Shown here: positions 10,341 to 18,189 of the stretch, piece by piece
Layout: each line of letters starts with the position of its first letter
Position numbering within the stretch: position 1 is the stretch's first letter
Virus record (IMG/VR): IMGVR_UViG_3300037515_000879
Location: 18,258 to 82,257 of that record
DNA: 64,000 bases
Origin: a virus
Lineage: Duplodnaviria; Caudoviricetes
Direction: 5' to 3' (one strand)
Program-made: the position numbers and the translations under genes
The notes under the pieces: model-generated
What the model saw: only the letters and a program-made list of their open reading frames with translations
The model's database searches: none
Told to the model about the DNA's origin: nothing

Positions 10341-10366
10341 ACTAATTCTGTTTCTTTTTTCAATAT

Positions 10367-10383
10367 TACGACATTATGACGTA
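10367..10383. promoter_or_regulatory. 17-bp pseudo-palindromic operator, copy 1 (TACGACATTATGACGTA)
   Basis: Near-identical copies at 12236 and 13937 (reverse), each beside a TAnnTTTG box. Confidence 0.65.
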
Positions 10384-10469
10384 ATTACAAAATTATAATT
10401 TCGAGGACGTACATTTGTTCTCCTTTTTCCTTTCTCCCCACTTCTTACCGCCCACAGAAATTATAAAGC

Positions 10470-10506
10470 AAAAGCCCCGTCGATTATGCACTTTGTATCG
10501 CGGGGC
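10470..10506 (-). terminator. Intrinsic terminator
   Basis: GCCCCG...CGGGGC stem followed by a U-tract on the minus strand. Confidence 0.75.
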
Positions 10507-10568
10507 CTCATGGTTGAGTGAAATTAAAATTCAAAGAAAATAAGTTTTGTAAATATATAAAAAAATAA

Positions 10569-10835
10569 TCAATTTTTTTTGGCAGTCAATGAGCCCTTGG
10601 CATGTGATTTACCACTTATTGCGTTCATTGGTTTTGATCCAACAAAGGATATTGGGGGAAGTCCACCTTTTCTAGCCCCACAATGACGACAGGCCATGAC
10701 CTGATTTTCATTGCTCAATTTGAACATCATATATTCATGTAATCCAGAATCGCACTTTAAAACACGATTATTTGTCAGCCTTGGATTTCTTTGTTGTGCT
10801 GACTTTTGCTGATTTTGATTGTTCTTGCTTGTCAT
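10569..10835 (-). CDS. Small basic Zn-ribbon-like protein
   Basis: C-x4-H...ACRHCG. Confidence 0.6.
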   Translation of the reverse strand: MTSKNNQNQQKSAQQRNPRLTNNRVLKCDSGLHEYMMFKLSNENQVMACRHCGARKGGLPPISFVGSKPMNAISGKSHAKGSLTAKKN

Positions 10836-10989
10836 CTTGATTTGCTTTAACTGCGTTTTTTAAATCTATATATCCGACCACATTAGGTCTTTTTCCGCAA
10901 ATGGAACAAGCCACTACGGATTGGGCTCCAGTCTTGAACAGAACGAACACATGTTTGTGTTCAGATTCCTTTTTAGCTTTTTTTGCCAT
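10768..10989 (-). CDS. Small basic Zn-ribbon-like protein (paralogue of neighbour)
   Basis: H-x-H...ACSICG. Confidence 0.6.
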   Translation of the reverse strand: MAKKAKKESEHKHVFVLFKTGAQSVVACSICGKRPNVVGYIDLKNAVKANQDDKQEQSKSAKVSTTKKSKADK

Positions 10990-10991
10990 GA

Positions 10992-11264
10992 TTACCAGTT
11001 GTTTTGTTTTTTAAGTTTCTTAAATATACTTATAATTCCTTGGGTTTGTTGGCCAAGCCAAAATATAAATACCCAAAAAGCTACCGTTCTCCAATTCCTT
11101 CCCTCAAAGATTATCCCAAGATAACTGAAAAAGAAAACACCAAGAACAATAATAGGAACAAGAACATTTGTAAACTTATGCTCTTCCTTTATTTCTACAA
11201 TCCAAGCCTTTACAATAACAAAAATATTGATGATAAAAAGCCAAGAATCTCTAATTACATTCAT
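10992..11264 (-). CDS. Membrane protein (2-3 TM segments)
   Basis: Hydrophobic stretches; promoter at 11287-11294. Confidence 0.7.
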   Translation of the reverse strand: MNVIRDSWLFIINIFVIVKAWIVEIKEEHKFTNVLVPIIVLGVFFFSYLGIIFEGRNWRTVAFWVFIFWLGQQTQGIISIFKKLKKQNNW

Positions 11265-11315
11265 AATATTTGGATTTAAAGTTTACCAAATATAACAAAA
11301 CTATTTTGTTTATAA

Positions 11316-12197
11316 TTAAATGTCCAAATAAACAGGCGTTCCATACTTCTTAAGATTTTCTTTCCTTTGATGGAAAACAGTATCTTCAATCGGATAATTA
11401 AACCATACGACTTCTTGAACCTCTTTTGTCCTTATTCCGTTTTTTTTTGATGGAAAACTTATCTTAGTCCAGTCAGAATATAATTCATTGTACAATTTGG
11501 AATCATAACCCGATATCATCACCTTTCCTTTTAGTTTATGGTTCAGTTCCGCTAATTTGATATGTTTGTTTTGTGGAAACTCATGTGTATAATTGTTCCT
11601 TGAATTCCTGACCGATTCAAGATACGGTGGATCCTCATAAAAGAAAATATCCTTGAAATCCAGTTTCTTTATAAAATCAAAAGCATCATAATTCGTAATC
11701 TGAATTTCTTTTCGCAGCAGCAACGCAACTTTGTGAAGTTTTGGTATAGCATTGTTCCATTTGCTTACAGAAGATCCTTTTTCGGCCAAACAGGTCTTGT
11801 GGCACATATCCCAGCCCTTGTTCTGCCTTGAAGAACCAAGGCCCATGAACGATTGTCTCAATCTTACATAGAAACGCCTGGCATTTTCAATTTTGTCATC
11901 GCTCTTTTCCCAGCACCTCTCATATTCTTCCCTACTGCATGGCGTAAATTCCAATAACCGGATCAGTTCCGGCTCATGATCCCTCAACACCTCAAAGAAA
12001 TTGGTAATATCACAATTGATCTCATTGACGGTTTTAATAATCTTACCTTTATAATTCAGGGTAACAGCAAAACTTCCACCAAAGACATCAGCAAAATGTA
12101 CAAAGTTTACCGGAAAATAATCATATAACTGATCCAGGTAAGTAATCTTTCCACCAAAATAATTGAACGCTATAAGTTTGCTCCTGTTTCCACTCAT
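11316..12197 (-). CDS. dam: Orphan DNA adenine N6 methyltransferase (Dam/D12 class)
   Basis: FNYFGGK, FADVFGGS (motif I), YEDPPY (motif IV), MISGY. Confidence 0.92.
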   Translation of the reverse strand: MSGNRSKLIAFNYFGGKITYLDQLYDYFPVNFVHFADVFGGSFAVTLNYKGKIIKTVNEINCDITNFFEVLRDHEPELIRLLEFTPCSREEYERCWEKSDDKIENARRFYVRLRQSFMGLGSSRQNKGWDMCHKTCLAEKGSSVSKWNNAIPKLHKVALLLRKEIQITNYDAFDFIKKLDFKDIFFYEDPPYLESVRNSRNNYTHEFPQNKHIKLAELNHKLKGKVMISGYDSKLYNELYSDWTKISFPSKKNGIRTKEVQEVVWFNYPIEDTVFHQRKENLKKYGTPVYLDI

Positions 12198-12235
12198 TGA
12201 TCATTGTACTTTTAAAAACAATAGTTGTTCAAACA

Positions 12236-12252
12236 TACGACATTATGACATA
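12236..12252. promoter_or_regulatory. Operator copy 2, overlapping the -7 box (12230-12237) of the methylase promoter
   Basis: TACGACATTATGACATA abuts CAAACATA. Confidence 0.65.
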
Positions 12253-12337
12253 TAAAAAAAGTCTTGCAGATTTTTACCCACAAGACTTTGCCCCAAATCA
12301 AGAACTTTATCTCTAAAGTAATGACATTTCAAATATA
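12253..12337 (-). ncRNA. Candidate ~70-nt small RNA unit (promoter 12330-12337, terminator 12253-12289)
   Basis: TATATTTG box, no ORF, AAAGTCTTG/CAAGACTTT stem and U-tract. Confidence 0.45.
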
Positions 12338-12359
12338 ATGATTTTTGACATATAAAGCC

Positions 12360-12824
12360 CTATCTGTCAGATTTTCTCCAATCACCAACAACAAATTTCC
12401 CATCACTGATATACCATCCTTCCCTTACGGTATCAATAGAAACAATGTCAACAGGAGAAAGATTAAGGGCCAACTGGTTCGGGTTCGGATCGTGGACAAC
12501 TTCCATCTTTTTGTTTATGACAACGGAATGCATAACACCTTCAAACGTCTGGCTCGGAACTGTAGCCTCAAAATAACCACCAATCCCACCATCATAATCC
12601 AACACTTCCAATGTCAGCGAAATATTGTCCTTGCGAACCATATGTGGAGTTACATTCAAATAGCCCATCTTTTTGTAGAAATCCATAAGCATATGATACC
12701 ACTTGCCTTCCCCACCCTTAAAATCAGGAACTTCGTCAATATCCATTTCAAACAACGAGGCCATTGTCGCCCGAAGACAATCCCCATTTTCACCGCACAC
12801 CTGTTTTTGGAACACTTTTTTCAT
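12360..12824 (-). CDS. Hypothetical protein with GDC...H..DP pattern (possible papain-like/C39 fold)
   Basis: GDCLRATMASL and HSVV...HDPNP. Start moved to MKKVFQ (12824) because the longer start runs through a terminator. Confidence 0.6.
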   Translation of the reverse strand: MKKVFQKQVCGENGDCLRATMASLFEMDIDEVPDFKGGEGKWYHMLMDFYKKMGYLNVTPHMVRKDNISLTLEVLDYDGGIGGYFEATVPSQTFEGVMHSVVINKKMEVVHDPNPNQLALNLSPVDIVSIDTVREGWYISDGKFVVGDWRKSDR

Positions 12825-12835
12825 AACAAAATATA

Positions 12836-13114
12836 ACAAAAAGACAGGAACGCTGTCCTGCCTTTTCTTCAACTAACCAATCACCAAGAATCAATACATT
12901 AATCCTTGTGATAAATATATAAAAAAAATCCCGAACATTCACCACCTACTAAAATGAATTCTGCCCGGGATTAATTATTAATAGCATTTAATCGAAGTAC
13001 AACAAATATAATACTTTTTAGTAAACAAAAAAATCCCACATCATTCCTGACATGGGATTGCCCCGAAAGGAGCTGGCAATTAACTAAACTTAAAAATATG
13101 ACCTCGTAAATATA
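12836..13114 (-). ncRNA. Three tandem candidate small RNA units (promoter box, ~70-80 nt, terminator)
   Basis: Boxes at 12912-19, 13003-10 and 13107-14; terminators at 12836-66, 12920-72 and 13027-59. G-U pairs and GGAA/UUCG loops fit minus-strand RNA. Confidence 0.5.
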
Positions 13115-13131
13115 ACTGTTTTTTATAGATT

Positions 13132-13557
13132 TTACTTTTGTTCCAATAATAGATTTGTACCAAAAATATCCTCACTCAACGTATGACCGCTTTTTGTAAT
13201 GGCATAAGGAAAAAATACCTCTGCCATTGAAACAATTTCAGATTCTATTATCGCCATCTGCGCATCGGTCCAAACTTTTACAATACGCAAAGCTGTTCTA
13301 ATAGCCTGTTCCTTTGTCTTGTATTTTTTTGGAACATCAGATTGTTTTTCAAGAACCTTGTACACATTTTCCCAATTGCAAGGCAAACTGTAGTAAATAG
13401 GCTTTCCTTTGTAAAAAATTTCAAACGTTAAAGAAATAGGAAGTCCATTTTCATAATCCACAATAATCTTGTTTGCTGAATGCTCCACCAAATTCTTGGT
13501 AATCTCACCAATGGTCTTTATCGGGTCAACAGTAGTAGTATAATTCAATATAGGCAT
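13132..13557 (-). CDS. Conserved-type phage hypothetical protein (141 aa)
   Basis: Clean ORF (MPILNYTTTVD...). Confidence 0.75.
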   Translation of the reverse strand: MPILNYTTTVDPIKTIGEITKNLVEHSANKIIVDYENGLPISLTFEIFYKGKPIYYSLPCNWENVYKVLEKQSDVPKKYKTKEQAIRTALRIVKVWTDAQMAIIESEIVSMAEVFFPYAITKSGHTLSEDIFGTNLLLEQK

Positions 13558-13577
13558 TTCTTCTGTTTTTTAATTTG

Positions 13578-13811
13578 TTATTTCGGAACAGGTGGAACCG
13601 GAGAATATATACTGGACAACTCCTCAATACTGGAAACATTGCTCCTCTCCGATCCAAAACCCTGTTGATAAATAGTCCTAAAAATCCCACCACCACCCCG
13701 TAACAATGATATCGCCGTCTCATAGTCCATATCCTCAACAAATACCTTACCATCCTTCCTTGATACCAACGTAACCAATAAACTACCAGAATGCTCAACC
13801 TTTTTTGACAT
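13578..13811 (-). CDS. Hypothetical protein (77 aa)
   Basis: Co-directional ORF downstream of the promoter at 13931. Confidence 0.5.
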   Translation of the reverse strand: MSKKVEHSGSLLVTLVSRKDGKVFVEDMDYETAISLLRGGGGIFRTIYQQGFGSERSNVSSIEELSSIYSPVPPVPK

Positions 13812-13936
13812 AGATCATATAAACATGTGAGGGTCTTCAAACATGTCTTAATCCAAATCTTCAAACATGTTTTCATCATCATCAACCAATACTATCCCTT
13901 CCATAATTTTTAATATATAAAACGTTTTTTCAAATA

Positions 13937-13953
13937 TACGTCATAATGTCGTA
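13937..13953. promoter_or_regulatory. Operator copy 3 (reverse), overlapping the -7 box at 13931-13938
   Basis: TACGTCATAATGTCGTA is the exact reverse complement of copy 1. Confidence 0.65.
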
Positions 13954-14011
13954 TAAAAAAATTTTTATAAAAAAAATAAAAAATGTGAAAAATAGTGCCG
14001 ACGGATGGTTA

Positions 14012-14060
14012 CTACCAAAAATGCCCCCCCTACAATTTCATTTTCGGGGGGGTGGGGTAG
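14012..14060. repeat. C7/G7 inverted repeat at the strand switch
   Basis: CTACC..CCCCCCC (14024-30) / GGGGGGG (14046-52)..GGTAG in an AT-rich genome. Confidence 0.7.
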
Positions 14061-14110
14061 TTTGATGAACATCAAAAAAGAGAGTCCTTTAGGGTAAAGG
14101 ACCGTTAATC
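14061..14110 (+). promoter_or_regulatory. Candidate phage early promoter module A
   Basis: TTTGATGAACATCAAA palindrome, A-tract, GTCCTTT/AAAGGAC hairpin, TAATC; same layout at 15394. Confidence 0.5.
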
Positions 14111-14125
14111 TAAAATCTATTTATT

Positions 14126-14398
14126 ATGAAAGATTTTAATTCCATTCGTCAGTCTCTATTAAAAGAGGCTACTGAAAATCCAAAAGCATTTGCTACCGCA
14201 AGTGTTGTTGGTGTCGCTGGTTCTGCTGCATCCATTGCATATGCCACGACTTTAACCACAACGTCCATTGTCAATGGCGCTGTTATTACTGCCAAGGCAT
14301 CTGTTGTTGCCAAGGCTGTTGTTGGTGTTGCATTGTTAGGTGCAACCATCTATGGTTCTTACAAGCTCTATGGCTATCTCAAACCTAAAATGAAATAG
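14126..14398 (+). CDS. Ala/Val-rich membrane protein (90 aa)
   Basis: Two small-residue hydrophobic helices; first gene after the strand switch. Confidence 0.75.
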   Translation: MKDFNSIRQSLLKEATENPKAFATASVVGVAGSAASIAYATTLTTTSIVNGAVITAKASVVAKAVVGVALLGATIYGSYKLYGYLKPKMK

Positions 14399-14400
14399 CC

Positions 14401-14631
14401 ATGTGTGATTCCATTTCACGTGAGGAGTTCTACGAAGAAGAGAACGACTTCACATCCGAGTTATTGGATTGGCTCGAGGAAGATATGTTCCAAGAGTCCA
14501 AGGAACAACAACTTATGGACGAACTCGCAATGAAATATTGCGGTTGTCCATTTGATATTATCGACGAGGTTGTCGATAAAGAGGTTGCCACGCATTATAA
14601 GCAACTTATAATCAATGAACTTAAATCATAA
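14401..14631 (+). CDS. Small acidic protein (76 aa)
   Basis: Glu/Asp-rich; tightly packed. Confidence 0.7.
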   Translation: MCDSISREEFYEEENDFTSELLDWLEEDMFQESKEQQLMDELAMKYCGCPFDIIDEVVDKEVATHYKQLIINELKS

Positions 14632-14636
14632 ACATC

Positions 14637-14744
14637 ATGAAAGACACGCCTATCACTCCATTTGATAAAGTCATTGCCATTATTGTGGCAATACTGGTCG
14701 TTTCTATGTTGATTGTCAACATTTATAGATTAATAACCCTTTAA
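14637..14744 (+). CDS. 35-aa single-TM peptide (not in ORF track)
   Basis: MKDTPITPFDKVIAIIVAILVVSMLIVNIYRLITL*. Confidence 0.6.
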   Translation: MKDTPITPFDKVIAIIVAILVVSMLIVNIYRLITL

Positions 14745-14754
14745 AACAATAGCC

Positions 14755-14907
14755 ATGATATCAACACGATTACTCCATGTTGTCATGAGAGTATATGAAT
14801 GCTCTTGTGTAGAAGCCTATCAATTCTTGGTCAATGACCACAACAAGGCTTTCTTGTTTTCAAGTGGCAAGGTTTATATACCTTACCCCTGGTCCAGAAA
14901 ACAATAA
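14755..14907 (+). CDS. 50-aa hypothetical protein (not in ORF track)
   Basis: MISTRLLHVVMRVYECSC...; same AATAGCC-ATG context as the 14401 gene. Confidence 0.55.
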   Translation: MISTRLLHVVMRVYECSCVEAYQFLVNDHNKAFLFSSGKVYIPYPWSRKQ

Positions 14908-14976
14908 AATAATCCATGCTTTTTGTAGGAAATTATACCTACTATGTATAAGATAGTATATTGTTATCGGAGTATC

Positions 14977-15225
14977 TGAACGTACACTATCCGATAGTGT
15001 ATGAACGTACACTATGTTTTCGACTTAAAAACATGATATACAGCAATATACAAAAAAATTTGTGCGCGTTATATATATATATAGCATTTGTGTGTACAAT
15101 CACCAGTATATTATAGTATATTATAGTATCTATTAACATTCTATAATATACTTGTTTTTTTTTTTTGCTGTTTAATAAAATGTAGCATACTATAGTATGC
15201 CATAACATCTATTAACATTCTATAA
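14977..15225. repeat. Cluster of direct repeats and palindromes
   Basis: TGAACGTACACTAT x2 (14977, 15002); TACACTAT-CCG-ATAGTGTA hairpin; ATCTATTAACATTCTATAA x2 (15128, 15207); perfect palindrome GCATACTATAGTATGC (15185-15200). Confidence 0.85.
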
Positions 15226-15393
15226 ATATACCACTGAACGCTTCCGTGTTTTTTTGGATGCTAACAATCTACGGCATAATTATTAACATACTATTGTTAT
15301 AATACTATATATCGGGTGTTAAACTTAGACATTCAGGACATTTGATTTCATATATATATAACATTTTCCATTAATAGTAAATATTCTATATAA

Positions 15394-15447
15394 TGATGAA
15401 CATCAATAAAAAGTTTTAGTATTGTAAACGAATACTAAGGTAATCTT
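15394..15447 (+). promoter_or_regulatory. Candidate phage early promoter module B
   Basis: TGATGAACATCAA, AAAAAG, TTAGTATT/AATACTAA hairpin, GTAATC. Confidence 0.5.
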
Positions 15448-15515
15448 AATATATCATGTTAAGGCAGATGCATGAAAAAAGAAGTGATGCCGTTAATTAA
15501 ATCAATTTATAGTTT

Positions 15516-15845
15516 ATGAAAACTAGGATTAAGAAAGCCAAGGGCTTTATTGTAAATGCGCTAGTACAAGGTGTACAAAGTACATGTAGTGCAACACATC
15601 TTGGGTTGAGTTATTCAATCAAGGGTGTTGAGATTGTTGAATCCAAATTAGTACACAGGGTGTATGGTTTGGAAGAAGAAGAGGTCATTAAAGAGCGTAG
15701 GCTACATACTAATGTAACCATGCTCAATAATGCTAAGGCATACAATGCCTTTAAGGAACGCGTTGTTGAACTTGCTAAGAGTAAGTTCGGTAGTCCTGAA
15801 GAGGTCATTGTAGAGACGATTGATCATGGTAACATGTTTGTATAA
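15516..15845 (+). CDS. Hypothetical protein (109 aa)
   Basis: Clean ORF followed by a terminator. Confidence 0.75.
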   Translation: MKTRIKKAKGFIVNALVQGVQSTCSATHLGLSYSIKGVEIVESKLVHRVYGLEEEEVIKERRLHTNVTMLNNAKAYNAFKERVVELAKSKFGSPEEVIVETIDHGNMFV

Positions 15846-15856
15846 TCTATAATATA

Positions 15857-15898
15857 CACCAACAAAAATCCACCTTTGAGGGGTGGATTTTTTGGTGT
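15857..15898 (+). terminator. Intrinsic (bidirectional) terminator
   Basis: AAAAATCCACC/GGTGGATTTTT. Confidence 0.85.
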
Positions 15899-15919
15899 TG
15901 ATTAAAAACATTTGATAAT

Positions 15920-16264
15920 ATGAATGGTTCCTCAAAAGGAATGGTGATGTTTATCATTATTGTTATGATATCGTTTATGATAGGCAGTTATATACTTACT
16001 GCTACATTTTTCGGTATCATAACATTGGTAGGCCTTATAGTTCTTATAGAGAGCATAGGTCCTTTGAAATGGTTGTTAAGTCGTAGTTCAAGGATATTTG
16101 ATTTAATACTCTTTGGCTTTACGATATTAGCGACAATGAGCTATGGACTCAATATAGCAGCGTCATTGACTGTTGCCGGATTGGGTTATACTTTAGTGTA
16201 TGCTCCGTATTTACGAGAGCAATTAATACTAAAGAGAAAGAATAATAAATCATTTAAAAAATAA
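15920..16264 (+). CDS. Multi-pass membrane protein (114 aa)
   Basis: Three to four hydrophobic segments. Confidence 0.75.
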   Translation: MNGSSKGMVMFIIIVMISFMIGSYILTATFFGIITLVGLIVLIESIGPLKWLLSRSSRIFDLILFGFTILATMSYGLNIAASLTVAGLGYTLVYAPYLREQLILKRKNNKSFKK

Positions 16265-16270
16265 TTCATT

Positions 16271-16522
16271 ATGGATTCTAAACAAAAAAAGGCCATTAAA
16301 GTTGGCCAGGAAGTAATATCCAATACTATTGGCGTTGTAGCCGGTATTGGTGTTGCAGTTGTTGCAATAGGGTATGCAACTACCCTTACTGGAAAGATTA
16401 TTGGTGGAGCGTTTGTTTATGCCTTTGTTGCCGGTGCGAGTTCTCGTGCCGTGGACTTGGTAACAGCTCCTATTGTTAAACATTTAAATAAAGAAGACGA
16501 TGTTTCTAAAGAAGCTTTATGA
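16271..16522 (+). CDS. Gly/Ala-zipper membrane protein (83 aa)
   Basis: GVVAGIGVAVVAIG and GGAFVYAFVAGA. Confidence 0.7.
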   Translation: MDSKQKKAIKVGQEVISNTIGVVAGIGVAVVAIGYATTLTGKIIGGAFVYAFVAGASSRAVDLVTAPIVKHLNKEDDVSKEAL

Positions 16523-16667
16523 CAGAGTTTTAGGTGATAGTCATACAGAGACTACCACTGAATACATTAAAGGCAGGAAAATAGTTACTGTCAAGACCTA
16601 TAAGGGTTCTGTTTGCATTTTTAAAAATGTAACGACCTATTATCCGGGGTTTAGTATTAATCTTTAA
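16500..16667 (+). CDS. 55-aa hypothetical protein (not in ORF track)
   Basis: MFLKKLYDRVLGDSHTETTTEYIKG...; fills the gap between co-directional genes. Confidence 0.5.
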   Translation: MFLKKLYDRVLGDSHTETTTEYIKGRKIVTVKTYKGSVCIFKNVTTYYPGFSINL

Positions 16668-16677
16668 TCTATAACTT

Positions 16678-17034
16678 ATGACCAGAATCAAACCTTGGGA
16701 AGCCAAGGCATTGAAAGGCAGAATGAGAAAGTTCAAATATTTTGTGGATAGTACTTCACATTATTCACATTTCAATACATTCGAGCCTATACTACAATAC
16801 CAGCCTTCCGATAAGGAAGAGGACTTTAAAGTCCAAGTTGGTGTCAATGGAAAGTTGTGTATGACACGTGAGGAGTTCGATAAATATGGATCGTTGACTC
16901 CTACCGATTATAAGTTCATAAACTTGTACTTTCCTACGGAGACTGTGTTTGAAAGAACGGAACGATTCCTTAAAAAACGAATGGAATCTTACCGACTGCG
17001 ACACAAAGAATATCTAAAACAAAGGGCCTCATAA
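16678..17034 (+). CDS. Hypothetical protein (118 aa)
   Basis: Clean ORF ending in a terminator stem. Confidence 0.75.
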   Translation: MTRIKPWEAKALKGRMRKFKYFVDSTSHYSHFNTFEPILQYQPSDKEEDFKVQVGVNGKLCMTREEFDKYGSLTPTDYKFINLYFPTETVFERTERFLKKRMESYRLRHKEYLKQRAS

Positions 17035-17042
17035 AGAGGCCC
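17019..17042. terminator. Terminator GGGCCTC/GAGGCCC
   Basis: Perfect 7-bp GC-rich stem with a minus-strand U-tract. Confidence 0.7.
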
Positions 17043-17140
17043 AATTGTAAGCTTTGCATAATATCTGTTGCTGAACAACGGGTCAAATATATGAAATAAT
17101 ATTGAATGTTATCAAATAAGATTGATATATAGTATAAATA

Positions 17141-17551
17141 TCATATAACTTTAATCAATCTTGGTTTGTTCATTTTGACCTTGATATTCTTTTTGAGCTT
17201 AAATAGGCCGAATAGAAATTCCTGTTGTCTTCTGGAGTAATAGTTGACATAAATGGGATTTATGTAATAGCAATTGCCCTGACAGAATATAAGCTCTCTA
17301 TCAACGAGTTCTTTTCTGTATCTATGGAAATTACCAAAAGAGCTGAAGTTAAGTTCTTGATAGGTTTTTTGAATGATTACACTATCCAAAGACATTGTGT
17401 TTGAAGTGTAATTCAATAAATCTATGAACAGTTCTTGGGCTCTTGGTTTTACACTTGAAAACCGCAATAGACCCTCGTGGGTAATTTCATATTTTTTAAC
17501 TCTATTTTGATTATATAGCTGGGAAATCTTAGCCTTGATGATGTCTTTCAT
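17141..17551 (-). CDS. Winged-helix DNA-binding protein (RepL-like)
   Basis: ELNFSSFGNFHRYRKELVDRELIF...YYINP pattern; own promoter at 17572-79. Confidence 0.55.
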   Translation of the reverse strand: MKDIIKAKISQLYNQNRVKKYEITHEGLLRFSSVKPRAQELFIDLLNYTSNTMSLDSVIIQKTYQELNFSSFGNFHRYRKELVDRELIFCQGNCYYINPIYVNYYSRRQQEFLFGLFKLKKNIKVKMNKPRLIKVI

Positions 17552-17625
17552 TATCGGGATATTATGCCCTACAAATATAATAATTTTGTTTAATTAAAAA
17601 AGTCCTGGAAACAGGCAAATTTAAA

Positions 17626-18087
17626 ATGAGTGCAATTTTCAATACGATGATAGTAACGCTTTGCGTACTTGAAATCAATGAGAAAAAGAACAGTGCAAAG
17701 GTTGAATATTCTTTGCGCGATGGACGTAAAATCATTGACAAGGATATCCTTGAAGATGTATTTATTACTGGACTTGCAAAATATAGATTTGACAACAACG
17801 ATAAGTTTGTTGTTGGGAAAACCTATAAGAGCGAAAACAACAGCAAGGACTATGAGGCGTGTCCAATTAAGTTAATCAGGACCGCTGATTCTAAAAACAA
17901 ACCAATGTTTGTCCTTAAAGTTGTAAATCAAGGCAATGACTATTTAAAAGAATTTGTTACTCCAAATGGTCATGTTGTAAAAAGTCGGTTTTTCACTACT
18001 ATTCCAAATACTGAATGGTTGAGATATTCCGATTACTTTGATTACGCTATTAAAAAGCGTGAAGAAATGAAAGCTGAAAACGTTTAA
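17626..18087 (+). CDS. Hypothetical protein (153 aa)
   Basis: Clean ORF followed by a terminator at 18101-18132. Confidence 0.75.
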   Translation: MSAIFNTMIVTLCVLEINEKKNSAKVEYSLRDGRKIIDKDILEDVFITGLAKYRFDNNDKFVVGKTYKSENNSKDYEACPIKLIRTADSKNKPMFVLKVVNQGNDYLKEFVTPNGHVVKSRFFTTIPNTEWLRYSDYFDYAIKKREEMKAENV

Positions 18088-18189
18088 TTATGTTGATTTA
18101 ATAAGCCCTTTCTTAATTGAAGGGGCTTATTTAAAATAATTTGTATATTTGAGTTGTTATAACATATTAAACCTCAAAAACAAATTATC

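Noticed and set aside
13526-13885. 119-aa ORF and TCTTCAAACATGT duplication as a regulatory array
   Set aside because: The ORF overlaps a better ORF in another frame; the two or three short repeats look like a decayed acidic mini-gene.
12200-17100. tRNA or tmRNA genes in the hairpin-rich intergenic regions
   Set aside because: No cloverleaf, TTC-containing T-loop or CCA acceptor arrangement was found by eye; tRNAscan-SE/ARAGORN would confirm.
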